A stretch of 64,000 bases of DNA from an uncultured candidate division Zixibacteria bacterium. Its GTDB lineage: Bacteria; Zixibacteria; MSB-5A5; RBG-16-43-9. The DNA lies in assembly GCA_963713865.1 (NCBI GenBank), contig OY970208.1, positions 928,001 through 992,000 of the forward strand. Reading direction: 5' to 3'. How positions within the stretch are numbered: position 1 is the first letter of the stretch; each line of letters opens with the position of its first letter. The translations under genes and the position numbers were made by a program. The notes under the pieces were generated by a model that was given only the letters and a program-made list of their open reading frames with translations, searched no databases and was not told the DNA's origin. Of the stretch, positions 19,364 to 29,500 are shown piece after piece.

Positions 19364-20332
19364 ATGGAGAAAAAGTTTTATTTGATCTGTCTTTTCTTGT
19401 TAATTACATTATTTCCTCTCAAAATCGGTGTGAATAGGACGTCGCTATCATATTTATATTTCATTGACAGTAAAGGTATCCATAGGCTAGATACTACCAG
19501 TAATGAAAAAAAGGTTATTTTCAATACTGTAGGGATCTATCAGGTGTCGCTTTCACTTTCACCGTCAGACACAGTAATTGCTTTATTGGTTACGAAAGAA
19601 GGTGTGACCCTACCAGGAGAGCACGACTATTCTGTTTTGCCAAGGAATTCGGTAATCTTTATAACCCCAGAGGGGAAAGAGATAGCAAAATTGGAAGAGG
19701 ATGTCCGGGAATTCTCATGGAGCCCGGATGGAGAGGAGATTGCTTATATCACGGGAACTTACTACGAAGGAGGTGTAGGATTCAAAACAACAGGGGTATA
19801 TATTTTCGACCTAAAAGATGGGAGCAAGAATCAGATTGTTAAAGAATTTACACATCCTACAATAAAAGATTACGAAGGTGGAGGATACGATTTAAATTGG
19901 GCTGTGCACGACAGCAATATCTATATTCAAGAATTTGATTACTTAGGGGGGAATTATATGTATAACTCAAAGACTGGAAGAACTGAAAAAGTGCCTTATA
20001 AGGGTGTTCATTTTTCACCCGATGGGAATTATTACCTCGCCCTTCCTTCAGAAGATTTTCCTCGCCTTTATGTTTCCACTAACAACAGAGAGATAACAGA
20101 ACAGGTAAAATTAAAAATTGGTTATCTCCCCCAGAGTTGGATGGTGGACCAGAAACACCATATGCTTGTGGAGAAAGTTGACTTTGAACCAAGCTTCGAA
20201 GATACAGTTAAACAAGGTAAACCAAAAGTAATGGTGAAGGGTGAAAGAAAAATCAGACTGAAGACATTTTTCATATACGATGTAGAAAAAGATCAAATAA
20301 TAAAAGAGTGGATTGAAAAACCTGAGAAATAA
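19364..20332 (+). CDS. Secreted beta-propeller (TolB/PD40-like) protein, paralog of the upstream gene
   Basis: LSPSDTVIAL, WSPDGEEIAY, TGVYIFDL, FSPDGNYY; colinear with 18256..19314. Confidence 0.75.
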   Translation: MEKKFYLICLFLLITLFPLKIGVNRTSLSYLYFIDSKGIHRLDTTSNEKKVIFNTVGIYQVSLSLSPSDTVIALLVTKEGVTLPGEHDYSVLPRNSVIFITPEGKEIAKLEEDVREFSWSPDGEEIAYITGTYYEGGVGFKTTGVYIFDLKDGSKNQIVKEFTHPTIKDYEGGGYDLNWAVHDSNIYIQEFDYLGGNYMYNSKTGRTEKVPYKGVHFSPDGNYYLALPSEDFPRLYVSTNNREITEQVKLKIGYLPQSWMVDQKHHMLVEKVDFEPSFEDTVKQGKPKVMVKGERKIRLKTFFIYDVEKDQIIKEWIEKPEK

Positions 20333-20376
20333 AATATGTGAACTCTTGACTACTATAGCTTTTTAGGAGGTAAATT

Positions 20377-22059
20377 ATGACAAGAAAAATAAGTATAGTT
20401 ATAATTATTTTTTTGCTTTTTTCTGTATCTTCTGAGATAGGTCAATGTCAAAGCCCCAGTCAATATGCTTTAATTCAGCGCCCAGTTATGGAAAATCCTC
20501 TAATATGGAAGTTAACCAAATTTCAAACTGATAGCCTATGGAGTAAGAGTCTATTTTACAATCCCGTGTCCGCCTCTCAGTCCTATATTATGGATCCAAC
20601 ATATTATCTTTATAGTGGAATGGCATTTGAACTTGATATGGGCTGGAACAGGATGTTGTATTCGGAGTGTTTGGATGACTGGATAAGAGCTTATGGGACT
20701 TATGGCTCTGGTAGCGGGCAATTTAGCTGGCCCAAAAGATTGGATTGTGAGGCAGTCTGTAATCAAGATTTCTTTAGTGCTTATTACCGTATCTTTATTG
20801 CAGATGCATCCAATAACCGTATAGTAAAGTTAAGATATGACTGGCGTTTTGAAAATCAGACCATAATCAATGATGGGGTAATAAGCGGAAATGGATTAGA
20901 ACTGCCTCTGGATATTGACATAAATAACGGATTTGACTTTTACCCGGTGACTAATGACTATCTCTGGGTTTTAAATGGAAATTCACAGATTAAAAGATTT
21001 ACTTTCGATGGAACTTTAAAGAACACCTATGGTAGCTATGGATCTGGCGTAGATCAATTCTGCAGACCCACTGCTATAGTCAGTGGTAGACATTATGCTC
21101 TTTCCTATCCTTATGAGCCGTTTGCCAATACGAATTATTTCTATGTTGCTGATCGGGGTAACAACCGGATTGTATGGCTTTACAAAAATCCCGGGAGTGA
21201 GGCGATAACCTGGATTAGTGAAACAAATACAGACCGGGACATTGTCGATTTAGAAACGGATAATTTTGGTCATATCTGGGCAGTTGATAGAACGAATGGT
21301 CAAGTTATTAAATATTTAATGCAGGCTGGAGGGATCCTGTTTCCATTATGTACCTTTGGGAGTTCAGGCTTTGGTGAGAATCAGTTCTATCATCCGGTAA
21401 GCTTATCTAATACCGGTGGATATTTAGGCTGTGGCAATGTTTATGTGCTTGAATCCTGGACCGATTCAAGCGGAGGACAATATTTTACAATTGCCACTGA
21501 TATAGTTGATTACAACGTCTATTCAGACAGTAACCATTTCACTCACTGTGCTAATTATATATTAGTTGATCCAGCCGGGATTTACTTTAAAATTTACAAC
21601 GAATCAGGAAATCTTATCAGAACAGTTCAACCGGTTTATGTTTATTATTCAGGTCCTATTTCACATTGGTGGGATGGAAAAGATGATGCCGGGCAAAAAG
21701 TTGCCAGTGGCAATTATTTGATGAAAGTTAGTGCTGTATCGGTTTATGTTAATATTAATGAACCTGGAAATCCACCTGCTGATTCTATTACCAAAGAGGG
21801 CTGGGTATGTAACGTGCATCCCAATGATATTTTAGGTGATGTCAATAGTAATCTTACAGTTGAAAGCGCAGATATCGTTTATTTAATCAACTATATATTT
21901 AAAGGCGGGCCTGGATTTGCTCCTTTCTGGAAAGGTGATACCAATGGAGATTGCAAGGTTTCACTAGGTGATATAGTCTATCTGATAAATTATCTTTTTA
22001 AAGGTGGACCTGCCCCACAGTTAAACTTCAGTTGTTCTCCCTGGAGATGTCAGTCTTAA
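20377..22059 (+). CDS. Secreted NHL-repeat propeller + FlgD-Ig-like domain + C-terminal dockerin-like domain
   Basis: GSGSGQFSWP / GSGVDQFCRP / GFGENQFYHP NHL repeats; WDGKDDAGQKVASGNY; duplicated GDxNxxxxVxxxDIVYLINY. Confidence 0.85.
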   Translation: MTRKISIVIIIFLLFSVSSEIGQCQSPSQYALIQRPVMENPLIWKLTKFQTDSLWSKSLFYNPVSASQSYIMDPTYYLYSGMAFELDMGWNRMLYSECLDDWIRAYGTYGSGSGQFSWPKRLDCEAVCNQDFFSAYYRIFIADASNNRIVKLRYDWRFENQTIINDGVISGNGLELPLDIDINNGFDFYPVTNDYLWVLNGNSQIKRFTFDGTLKNTYGSYGSGVDQFCRPTAIVSGRHYALSYPYEPFANTNYFYVADRGNNRIVWLYKNPGSEAITWISETNTDRDIVDLETDNFGHIWAVDRTNGQVIKYLMQAGGILFPLCTFGSSGFGENQFYHPVSLSNTGGYLGCGNVYVLESWTDSSGGQYFTIATDIVDYNVYSDSNHFTHCANYILVDPAGIYFKIYNESGNLIRTVQPVYVYYSGPISHWWDGKDDAGQKVASGNYLMKVSAVSVYVNINEPGNPPADSITKEGWVCNVHPNDILGDVNSNLTVESADIVYLINYIFKGGPGFAPFWKGDTNGDCKVSLGDIVYLINYLFKGGPAPQLNFSCSPWRCQS

Positions 22060-22216
22060 AAAAAGTATAATAATTACACTTTATTTCGTATATTAATTTG
22101 AAAAGTTGAAAAATTTGTGTTTTAGCTTCTGAGCTATAGATAAAATAAGGGGTTCCCTCTCTTAAATAATATCAATATAATAATATCTTTGATTACAATA
22201 TTTTTTAAAAAAGTCC

Positions 22217-22244
22217 TTGACAAAGAAGACTTTACCGATATATT
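22217..22244 (+). promoter_or_regulatory. Putative sigma70 promoter
   Basis: TTGACA-N16-TATATT; same AAAAAAGTCCTTGACAA upstream context as the 16653 promoter. Confidence 0.5.
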
Positions 22245-22455
22245 AGCTTAATTTATTTTAGGAGAATAGAGAGGTTTAAAATATTCCCCGGTTAAAGATA
22301 AATCAAGAAAATGTTTAAATATATTTATAAATACGAGATGATCTTCAATAGCTGGAATAGACCTCCCCCATAAAAAAGGAGGAGTAGAAATTTTTGTTAA
22401 TGCTTTTTTTAAAGAAAACTTTAAAAATCAAAGTAGGAAAGGAAAAAAAAACAAA

Positions 22456-23004
22456 ATGTTAAAGAATAGATTTTTCGGGATAAGCTTACTTCTCGTCTTG
22501 GGAATGGTACTATTAAGCTCCTGCGCCAAGCCTCCGGAACAGGAGATGCAGGCGGCCAGGGATGCAATCGCCAATGCTACTAACGCAGAAGCCAACCTTT
22601 ATGCGGCTGATCTTCTCACTCTCGCTCAGGATTCCTTAACTCAGGCTGAGACCTTCTTCGGAGAGAAGAAATTTGCAGATGCAAAAAGATTAGCCCTTTT
22701 TACCAAGAGTTGGGCTGACTCCGCCGCTGCTATGGCTGTAACCAATAAAGAGCAGATGAAAACCACTGCAGAAACTGCAGTAAACGACGCCAGCGCTAAG
22801 CTTGAGACTTTGAAAAAAGGTAAGATTCCTCCGAAGATGAAGGCTGAGGTAAAGACTTGCGATACCAATCTGGCTGAGGCGAAAACTGCCTTAGGAGCTG
22901 GGGATTATAAGAAAGCCTCGGATCTGGCAACTGATGTAACCACCAAGATAACTGCCATTGAAGAAGGGATGAAAAAGCCGGCAGGAGGGACAAAAAAGAA
23001 ATAA
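22456..23004 (+). CDS. Ala-rich helical lipoprotein (DUF4398-like)
   Basis: Lipobox LLSSC then AKPPEQEMQAARDAIANA...A..YA; repeated helical segments. Confidence 0.75.
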   Translation: MLKNRFFGISLLLVLGMVLLSSCAKPPEQEMQAARDAIANATNAEANLYAADLLTLAQDSLTQAETFFGEKKFADAKRLALFTKSWADSAAAMAVTNKEQMKTTAETAVNDASAKLETLKKGKIPPKMKAEVKTCDTNLAEAKTALGAGDYKKASDLATDVTTKITAIEEGMKKPAGGTKKK

Positions 23005-23038
23005 AACCTTTTTGTTTCAAATTGGATGAGGTGAAAAG

Positions 23039-23092
23039 ATGCCCAAAGTAAAAAAGAAAAAGGGCAGTTGCAAAACCAAAAAGCCCTGTTAA
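23039..23092 (+). CDS. Putative 17-aa basic small protein MPKVKKKKGSCKTKKPC
   Basis: GAGGTG RBS 5 nt upstream of the ATG, terminator just downstream. Confidence 0.35.
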   Translation: MPKVKKKKGSCKTKKPC

Positions 23093-23109
23093 GAAAAAGG
23101 GCTGGTTTT

Positions 23110-23140
23110 AAAAAACCCCGCCAGAGGCGGGGTTTTTTTT
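23110..23140 (+). terminator. Rho-independent terminator (possibly bidirectional)
   Basis: AAAAAACCCCGCC-AGA-GGCGGGGTTTTTTTT. Confidence 0.85.
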
Positions 23141-23222
23141 GTAAAAAATCAATTTTATTATTGCATTTTAAAAACTAATAATAGATATTAAAAACCACTT
23201 TTTAGCATAAAGGAGGTGGAAT

Positions 23223-23777
23223 ATGATCATAGTTCCCAATGAAGTTTTTTTGACCAAGGGGGTGGGAAGGCACACTGAAAAACTTTCCAGCTTTGAACTG
23301 GCTTTAAGAAATGCCGGGATAGCCCGCTTCAACATCGTAAGCGTCTCCTCAATTTTTCCACCAGGATGCAAGCTAATTACCAGAGCTCAAGGGATGAAGA
23401 AGCTGCAGGATGGTCAGATAATCTTCTGTGTGATGAGCCGTAACTCAACCAATGAGCCCAATCGTTTGATCTCTGCTTCGGTAGGTTTAGCCATCCCCAA
23501 GGAAAAACAGTATTATGGATTTCTCTCTGAGCACTCCGCCTTCGGGCAGACCGAGAAAAAGGCTGGAGATTATGCAGAGGATTTAGCCGCCTCTATGCTG
23601 GCTACGACCCTGGGGTTAGATTTTGATGTGGATAAAAATTATGACATGAGAAAGGAGATCTGGAAGATCTCTGGCAAGATAGTCCGTACTATGAATGTCA
23701 CCCAGTCAGCCGAAGGGGATAAGAATGGACTGTGGACAACGGTGCTTGCAGCTGCTATCTTTATAACCCAGGAATAG
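23223..23777 (+). CDS. pdaD: Pyruvoyl-dependent arginine decarboxylase
   Basis: SSFELALRNAGIARFNIVSVSSIFPP (Ser-Ser self-cleavage site), YGFLSEH. Confidence 0.85.
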   Translation: MIIVPNEVFLTKGVGRHTEKLSSFELALRNAGIARFNIVSVSSIFPPGCKLITRAQGMKKLQDGQIIFCVMSRNSTNEPNRLISASVGLAIPKEKQYYGFLSEHSAFGQTEKKAGDYAEDLAASMLATTLGLDFDVDKNYDMRKEIWKISGKIVRTMNVTQSAEGDKNGLWTTVLAAAIFITQE

Positions 23778-23810
23778 TTCTAATAAGTTAGTTTGAGGAG
23801 GTATTTCAAA

Positions 23811-24842
23811 ATGGATAAATTCTTGAGAAATCCTACCCATCCGGTTGAGATCGAAAATATTAAAGACATAGCTCAGCTTTTAGAAAAGATGAGCGGAATA
23901 TCGTTTCAGGGAAGAAATTTGTCCACAGCTCTCTCTATCTGGAAAGAGATGTTGAAAGATAATCTGGTTATCTTTTTTGGTTTAGCCGGGGCGATGGTTC
24001 CTGGAGGCTTAAGGCAGGTTCTCGTCTATCTCATTAAAAACCGGTTGGTCGACTGTTCTGGTCTCCACTGGTGCCAATCTTTTTCATGACCTGCATGAAA
24101 GCCTGGGTAAATACCACTGGATAGGAAATCACAACATAAGCGACCTTAAGTTAAGAAAGGCAGGGATCGACCGGATTTACGATACCTATGCCTTAGAAAC
24201 TGAGTTCAGACAAGTAGATAATTTTATCAAAGAATTTGCCCTTTCTTTCGATTTTGGGAAAAATTATTCTACCAGGGAATTTTTCTATTCCTTGGGGAAA
24301 AAACTGTCTAAAATAAAGAAAAAAGAAGGGTTGATAAGCTCAGCTTATGCTAATGAAGTTCCAATCTTCTGTCCGGCTATAGGTGATTCATCTTACGGGA
24401 TTGCCTTAGTTGAGCTGGCTAAGACAAAAGGTAAAAGATTTCAATTTGATGTGATCAAAGATGCAGAGGAGATTCCAACTTAGTTTTGTGGGCTAAATCA
24501 ACCGGGGTTATTTATATAGGAGGAGGGACACCCAAGAATTTCATCCAGCAGGCTGAGGTCATAGCCTCCCTCCAGAGGAAAAGTAAAAATTCCGGGCATA
24601 AGTATGCTATCCAGATAGCGGTGGATGCACCTCACTGGGGAGGGCTTTCCGGATGCACTTTTACTGAGGCACAATCTTGGGGCAAAATTCATCCCCGGGC
24701 TAAGATGGTAACGGTCTATTCAGATGCTACCATCGCATTGCCTTTTTTGGTCGCTGCTCTCTCACAAGGGTCAAAAGATTTAATCCGAAAAAGAAAAAAA
24801 CCTGAATTCAAGTTTGGAAAAGAACTTTTGATGGAAAGGTAA
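23811..24842 (+). CDS. Deoxyhypusine synthase-like protein (homospermidine pathway), with two single-base frameshifts (~24057 and ~24474)
   Basis: FQGRNL, LAGAMVPGG, VSTGANLFHD, IDRIYD, VPIFCPAIGDSSYG, GGGTPKNF, GGLSGCTFTEAQSWGK, DATIALP reconstructed across three ORF fragments. Confidence 0.85.
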
Positions 24843-24847
24843 AGATC

Positions 24848-25756
24848 TTGTTAGACAATAAACTTTTTCTACCACATAATTTCTTAGGCATTCCTCGGAT
24901 CTACTCAGATTATAAGAGGTCAAAATTTGTCATCCTGCCAGTTCCGTATGAACAGACCACCACCTACAAAGGGGGAACCAGGGAAGGTCCTCAGGCGATT
25001 ATTTCAGCCTCAAAGCAGGTTGAGCTTTTTGACGAGGAGCTGAAATCCGAACCTTATAAGGTTGGAATCTATACTTCAGATGAGTTAGAGTCCACCTCCA
25101 AAGGGGCTGAGGAGATGATTGAAAAAATCTACAAAGTCGGTCGAAGTTTTCTCAAAAATAATAAGATAATAGTTATGTTAGGTGGCGAACACACCATCTC
25201 TATCGGGATGATTAAAGCATTTAAGGAGAAATATAAAGACCTTTCGGTCCTGCAACTGGATGCGCATGCAGATTTAAGGGAAAATTATCAGGAAAACCGG
25301 TTCAGCCATGCCTGCACTATGAGGAGAGTAAGGGAGTTTGTCCCGGCAGTTGGTGTGGGGATAAGAAACTTAAGCCGGGAGGAGCATAACTGGATAAAGA
25401 AAAATAAGATCAACCTTTTCTATGCCCAAAAAAGGGAGAAGGATTGGAGCGATAAGGTCTTGAGCTCTCTTTCAGATGAGGTCTATCTCTCCTTTGACTT
25501 GGATTTTCTTGACCCTTCGATTATGCCTTCAGTAGGAACGCCAGAGCCGGGAGGTTTATTATGGTACGAGACCTTAGATTTTCTTAAGACTTTGACTTTA
25601 AAGAAAAAAATAGTTGGTTTCGATATAGTTGAACTATGTCCCCAGCCCGGAAATGTTGCTCCGGATTTTCTGACGGCTAAATTGATTTATAAACTAATTG
25701 GATATATAGTAACAGAGAATGAAAAAAGGAAGAAGGGAAAAAGAAAGAATCTCTAA
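24848..25756 (+). CDS. speB: Agmatinase (ureohydrolase)
   Basis: GGEHTIS, DAHADL, SHAC, DLDFLDPSIMPSVGTPEPGG. Confidence 0.9.
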   Translation: MLDNKLFLPHNFLGIPRIYSDYKRSKFVILPVPYEQTTTYKGGTREGPQAIISASKQVELFDEELKSEPYKVGIYTSDELESTSKGAEEMIEKIYKVGRSFLKNNKIIVMLGGEHTISIGMIKAFKEKYKDLSVLQLDAHADLRENYQENRFSHACTMRRVREFVPAVGVGIRNLSREEHNWIKKNKINLFYAQKREKDWSDKVLSSLSDEVYLSFDLDFLDPSIMPSVGTPEPGGLLWYETLDFLKTLTLKKKIVGFDIVELCPQPGNVAPDFLTAKLIYKLIGYIVTENEKRKKGKRKNL

Positions 25757-25779
25757 AAAAACAGAGGGAGATAGAAAAA

Positions 25780-26517
25780 ATGAAATGGTGGGAAAAACTT
25801 TTTGACGAATATTATCCAAAGACTTATGCACCTTTAGATGCTTCAGCCTCCCGGGAAATAGATGGAGTGATAAGGATGCTGGGGCTTAAGCCCCCAAAAA
25901 AAATTTTAGATTTGTGCTGCGGATATGGAAGACACTTGGTGGAATTGGCCCGTAAAGGTTTCAGGGTCACAGGATACGATCTCTCCTCTCATTTTCTGGA
26001 TAGAGCAAGAATAGAAGCTGTCCGGCTTAAATTAAAAGTGAAGCTTGTGCGGGGGGATATGAGGGAAATCCCTTTCAAAAAAGAATTCGATGCAGTTATA
26101 AATCTCTTTACCTCTTTTGGTTATTTCCAGAACGAAAAAGAAGATTTACAGGTTTTAAAGGGAATCAACCGGGCTTTGAAGGAAAAGGGGTTATGCCTTA
26201 TTGATACTGCTAACCGAGAATTTCTGTTAAAGAATTTTCAGAGGAGAATGTGGTACCCTCGAGAGGGGTTTTTCATGTTAGACGAGTCCATCTTCGACCC
26301 TTTTACCAGTCGAGTTGAAACTACCCGTACCCTCCTTTTCGAAAATCAACCCAAAAGGGAATATTTCTTCTCCTTCCGAGCTTACACCCTCACCGAGATG
26401 ATCTCCAACCTGAAAAAAACAAGTTTTATAACCGAGCAGGTTTTTGGTGATTATGAATTAAAGGATTATACCATACAAAGCCCTCGAATGATAATCCTGG
26501 CTAAGAAGATAAGCTAA
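25780..26517 (+). CDS. Class I SAM-dependent methyltransferase
   Basis: ILDLCCGYGRH, GDMREI, FDAVINLFTSFGYF. Confidence 0.9.
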   Translation: MKWWEKLFDEYYPKTYAPLDASASREIDGVIRMLGLKPPKKILDLCCGYGRHLVELARKGFRVTGYDLSSHFLDRARIEAVRLKLKVKLVRGDMREIPFKKEFDAVINLFTSFGYFQNEKEDLQVLKGINRALKEKGLCLIDTANREFLLKNFQRRMWYPREGFFMLDESIFDPFTSRVETTRTLLFENQPKREYFFSFRAYTLTEMISNLKKTSFITEQVFGDYELKDYTIQSPRMIILAKKIS

Positions 26518-26590
26518 AAGGGTTTTTCTATCCAATTTTTTCTTTAAACTTATCGTTTTAAATTATTGGGTTTTAGAAAGAGACCAAGAA

Positions 26591-29500
26591 ATGTCCTTGT
26601 CTATATTGCTGGAGCAGGCTCATAGATCGCATAGCTTCTCTATTCTGGCGGAAAAGATCGCAGAAGGTAAAAAGTCCCTTGCTTTATCCGGCCTGGTAGG
26701 TTCTGGAAAATCTTTTCTTTTGGCTTATTTAGAGAAAAAACTCAGCCTTCCGTTTTTGATTTTGTCCTATCATCCGGAGGAAGCCATAAAGCTTTTTGAG
26801 GACCTGCAATCTTTTTTGGGAGAAGGGGAAGTTCTGTTTTTCCCCAGCCGGGAGATCTTGCCTTACGAGCTTCAAGTTCCTCATTCAGAGGTCTTGGGTG
26901 CCAGGCTTTCCTGTTTACATAACCTCCTGTTCCGCAAAAATAACGTAGTTGTAACCCACGTCCGTGCAATTATTGAAAAGACTATTCCCCGGGACGAGTT
27001 GAAAAACAAAACCGTCCAGCTGAAAACCGGAGATGAGCTGGAATTAGAAAACCTGATCCTGAAAATATCAGAATTAGGATTTAAAAGATTTCCTCAGGTG
27101 GAAGAGGTAGGAACTTACAGCCAGAGGGGCGGGATTCTGGACCTTTTCCCTTATACTTCAGAGAACCCTTTAAGGTTAGAGTTCTTCGGGGATAAGATCG
27201 AATCGATAAGGGAGTTTTCCGTTTTTAATCAGAGAACTATTAACAAAAAAGATGGGGTTATCCTTCTTCCTAAAAGGGAGTTTCATCTTAAAGATGAGGA
27301 GCTTGAAAAATATCTTGGCAGGATAGAAGAAAAAGAAGCTCAAAGATTAAGAGGAAGAATAAATTTTTATCAGGAGATCCCGGGTTTGGAATGGATGGCA
27401 CCTCTTTTAGAATTACCCCAGGGCGAGCTTTTTGATTACCTCCCTGAAGAGAGTTTAGTCTTTATGGATGAGCCAGAGCTTATCCGAAAGGAGATAGATT
27501 ATATCCGGGAAGAGGCTCAGAGAAGATATGAAGAGGCAAGTCTGAAAAAGGAGTTAGTCCCTCAACCATCTTTTCTTTTCAGGGATGTCGCCTCCTTTGA
27601 GAGGAAGATTGAAAGTTTTCAGGTTTTGAAAAATTTCTATTTGAGGAAGGAAAACTTAGATTTTGATCTGGGTATGTGCGAGCCTGAAAGCGCTGTCTCC
27701 AATTTCCCCTTGTTGAAGAAAACCCTGAAAGAAGAAGAAAAAATGGGGAAAAAGGTCTATATCTCCTGTGAGAATTCAGGCCAAAAGGAAAGGCTGGAGG
27801 AACTCTTAGAAAAAGAGGTTGAAAAGGTTGTCTTTTTATTAGACAACCTGAGCTCCGGCTTTATCTATCCGGAGCTGGAATTAGTTGTTTTACCAGAGCA
27901 CCAGATCTTTAGTCGTTATTTGAGGAGAAGAAGGAAGAGGAAATTTAAAGAGGGGTTGCCTCTATCTAATTACGCCAGCCTTTCCTCAGGTGATTTTGTA
28001 GTGCATGTCGATTTCGGGATAGGGAGATATTCCGGTCTGCAAAATCTTTTGATTGATGGAAGAAAAAGAGATTGTCTGCTCCTCTTATACAAGGATGAGG
28101 ATAAGTTATACGTACCGGTAGAGGAATTCAACCGAATCCAGAAATATATAGGAAAAGATGGAGAGCCGATACTTTCCAGATTGGGTTCGCCTTTATGGGA
28201 GAAAAACAAGGAGAAAACCAAGAAAGCTTTAAAGGAGATGGCTGAGGATCTTATCCAGCTTTATGCTGAGAGGAAGGCAAAGCCGGGATTTGCTTTTTCT
28301 GCAGATACTCCCTGGCAAAAAGAGCTGGAATCCTCCTTCATCTATGAGGAGACTCCGGACCAGTTTGAAGCAATTGAATCTATTAAAACAGACATGGAGA
28401 AACCTGTACCTATGGACCGTTTGGTGTGTGGAGATGTGGGTTATGGTAAAACCGAGGTGGCTATAAGGGCTGCTTTTAAGTCGGTTATGGACGGGAAGCA
28501 GGTAGCAATTTTGGTCCCCACAACGATTTTAGCACAGCAGCATTACACCACTTTTTCAGAAAGGCTAAAAGATTATCCGGTTAGAATCGAAGTCCTCTCC
28601 CGTTTCAAATCTTCAAAAGAGCAAAAAGAGATAATAAAATCCTTAGAACAGGGGAAAATCGATATAGTGATTGGAACTCACAAATTGCTCCAAAAAGATG
28701 TTAAGTTTAAAGACTTAGGGCTTTTGATAATCGATGAAGAACAAAGGTTCGGAGTAGCTCACAAAGAAAAGCTGAAAAAAGTTAAAAGCACCGTAGATTG
28801 CCTGACCTTAACTGCCACACCCATCCCCAGAACCCTGCAGCTCTCCTTGTTAGGGGCTAAAGATATGTCCATAATCAATACCTCTCCTAAGGATCGTCTT
28901 CCGATCCAGACCATAATCTCCGAGTTCGATAAGGAATTAATAGCTGAGGCAACCTTAAGAGAAGTGGATCGGGGCGGACAGGTCTATTTTGTGCATAACC
29001 GGGTAGAATCTATAGGTTCTATGTATAATTTTTTAAAAAAACTACTTCCAGAGTTGAGGTTGGGAATAGCTCATGGTCAGATGGAGGAAAAGGTTTTAGA
29101 GAAGATCATGCTGGCATTTTTAGATGGCAAGTATGATTGCCTTCTCTGTAGCAATATAATTGAATCTGGATTGGATATACCCAGCGTCAATACCATTATC
29201 ATCAACCGGGCAGATCGGTTCGGTCTGGCACAGCTCTATCAACTAAGAGGCAGGGTAGGAAGGTCTAATCATAAAGCTTATGCCTATCTTTTAGTCCCGC
29301 CTTTTGAGAATTTAAATCCGCAAGCCCAAAAAAGGATAAGAGCAATTCAGCAATATACCGAATTAGGCTCAGGCTTCTATTTAGCCTTGAGGGATTTAGA
29401 GATCAGGGGTACAGGTAATATCCTGGGACCCCAGCAGCATGGTTTTATAGAGGAGATCGGTTTTGACCTCTATTGCCAGCTTTTAGAGGAAGCAGTAAGA

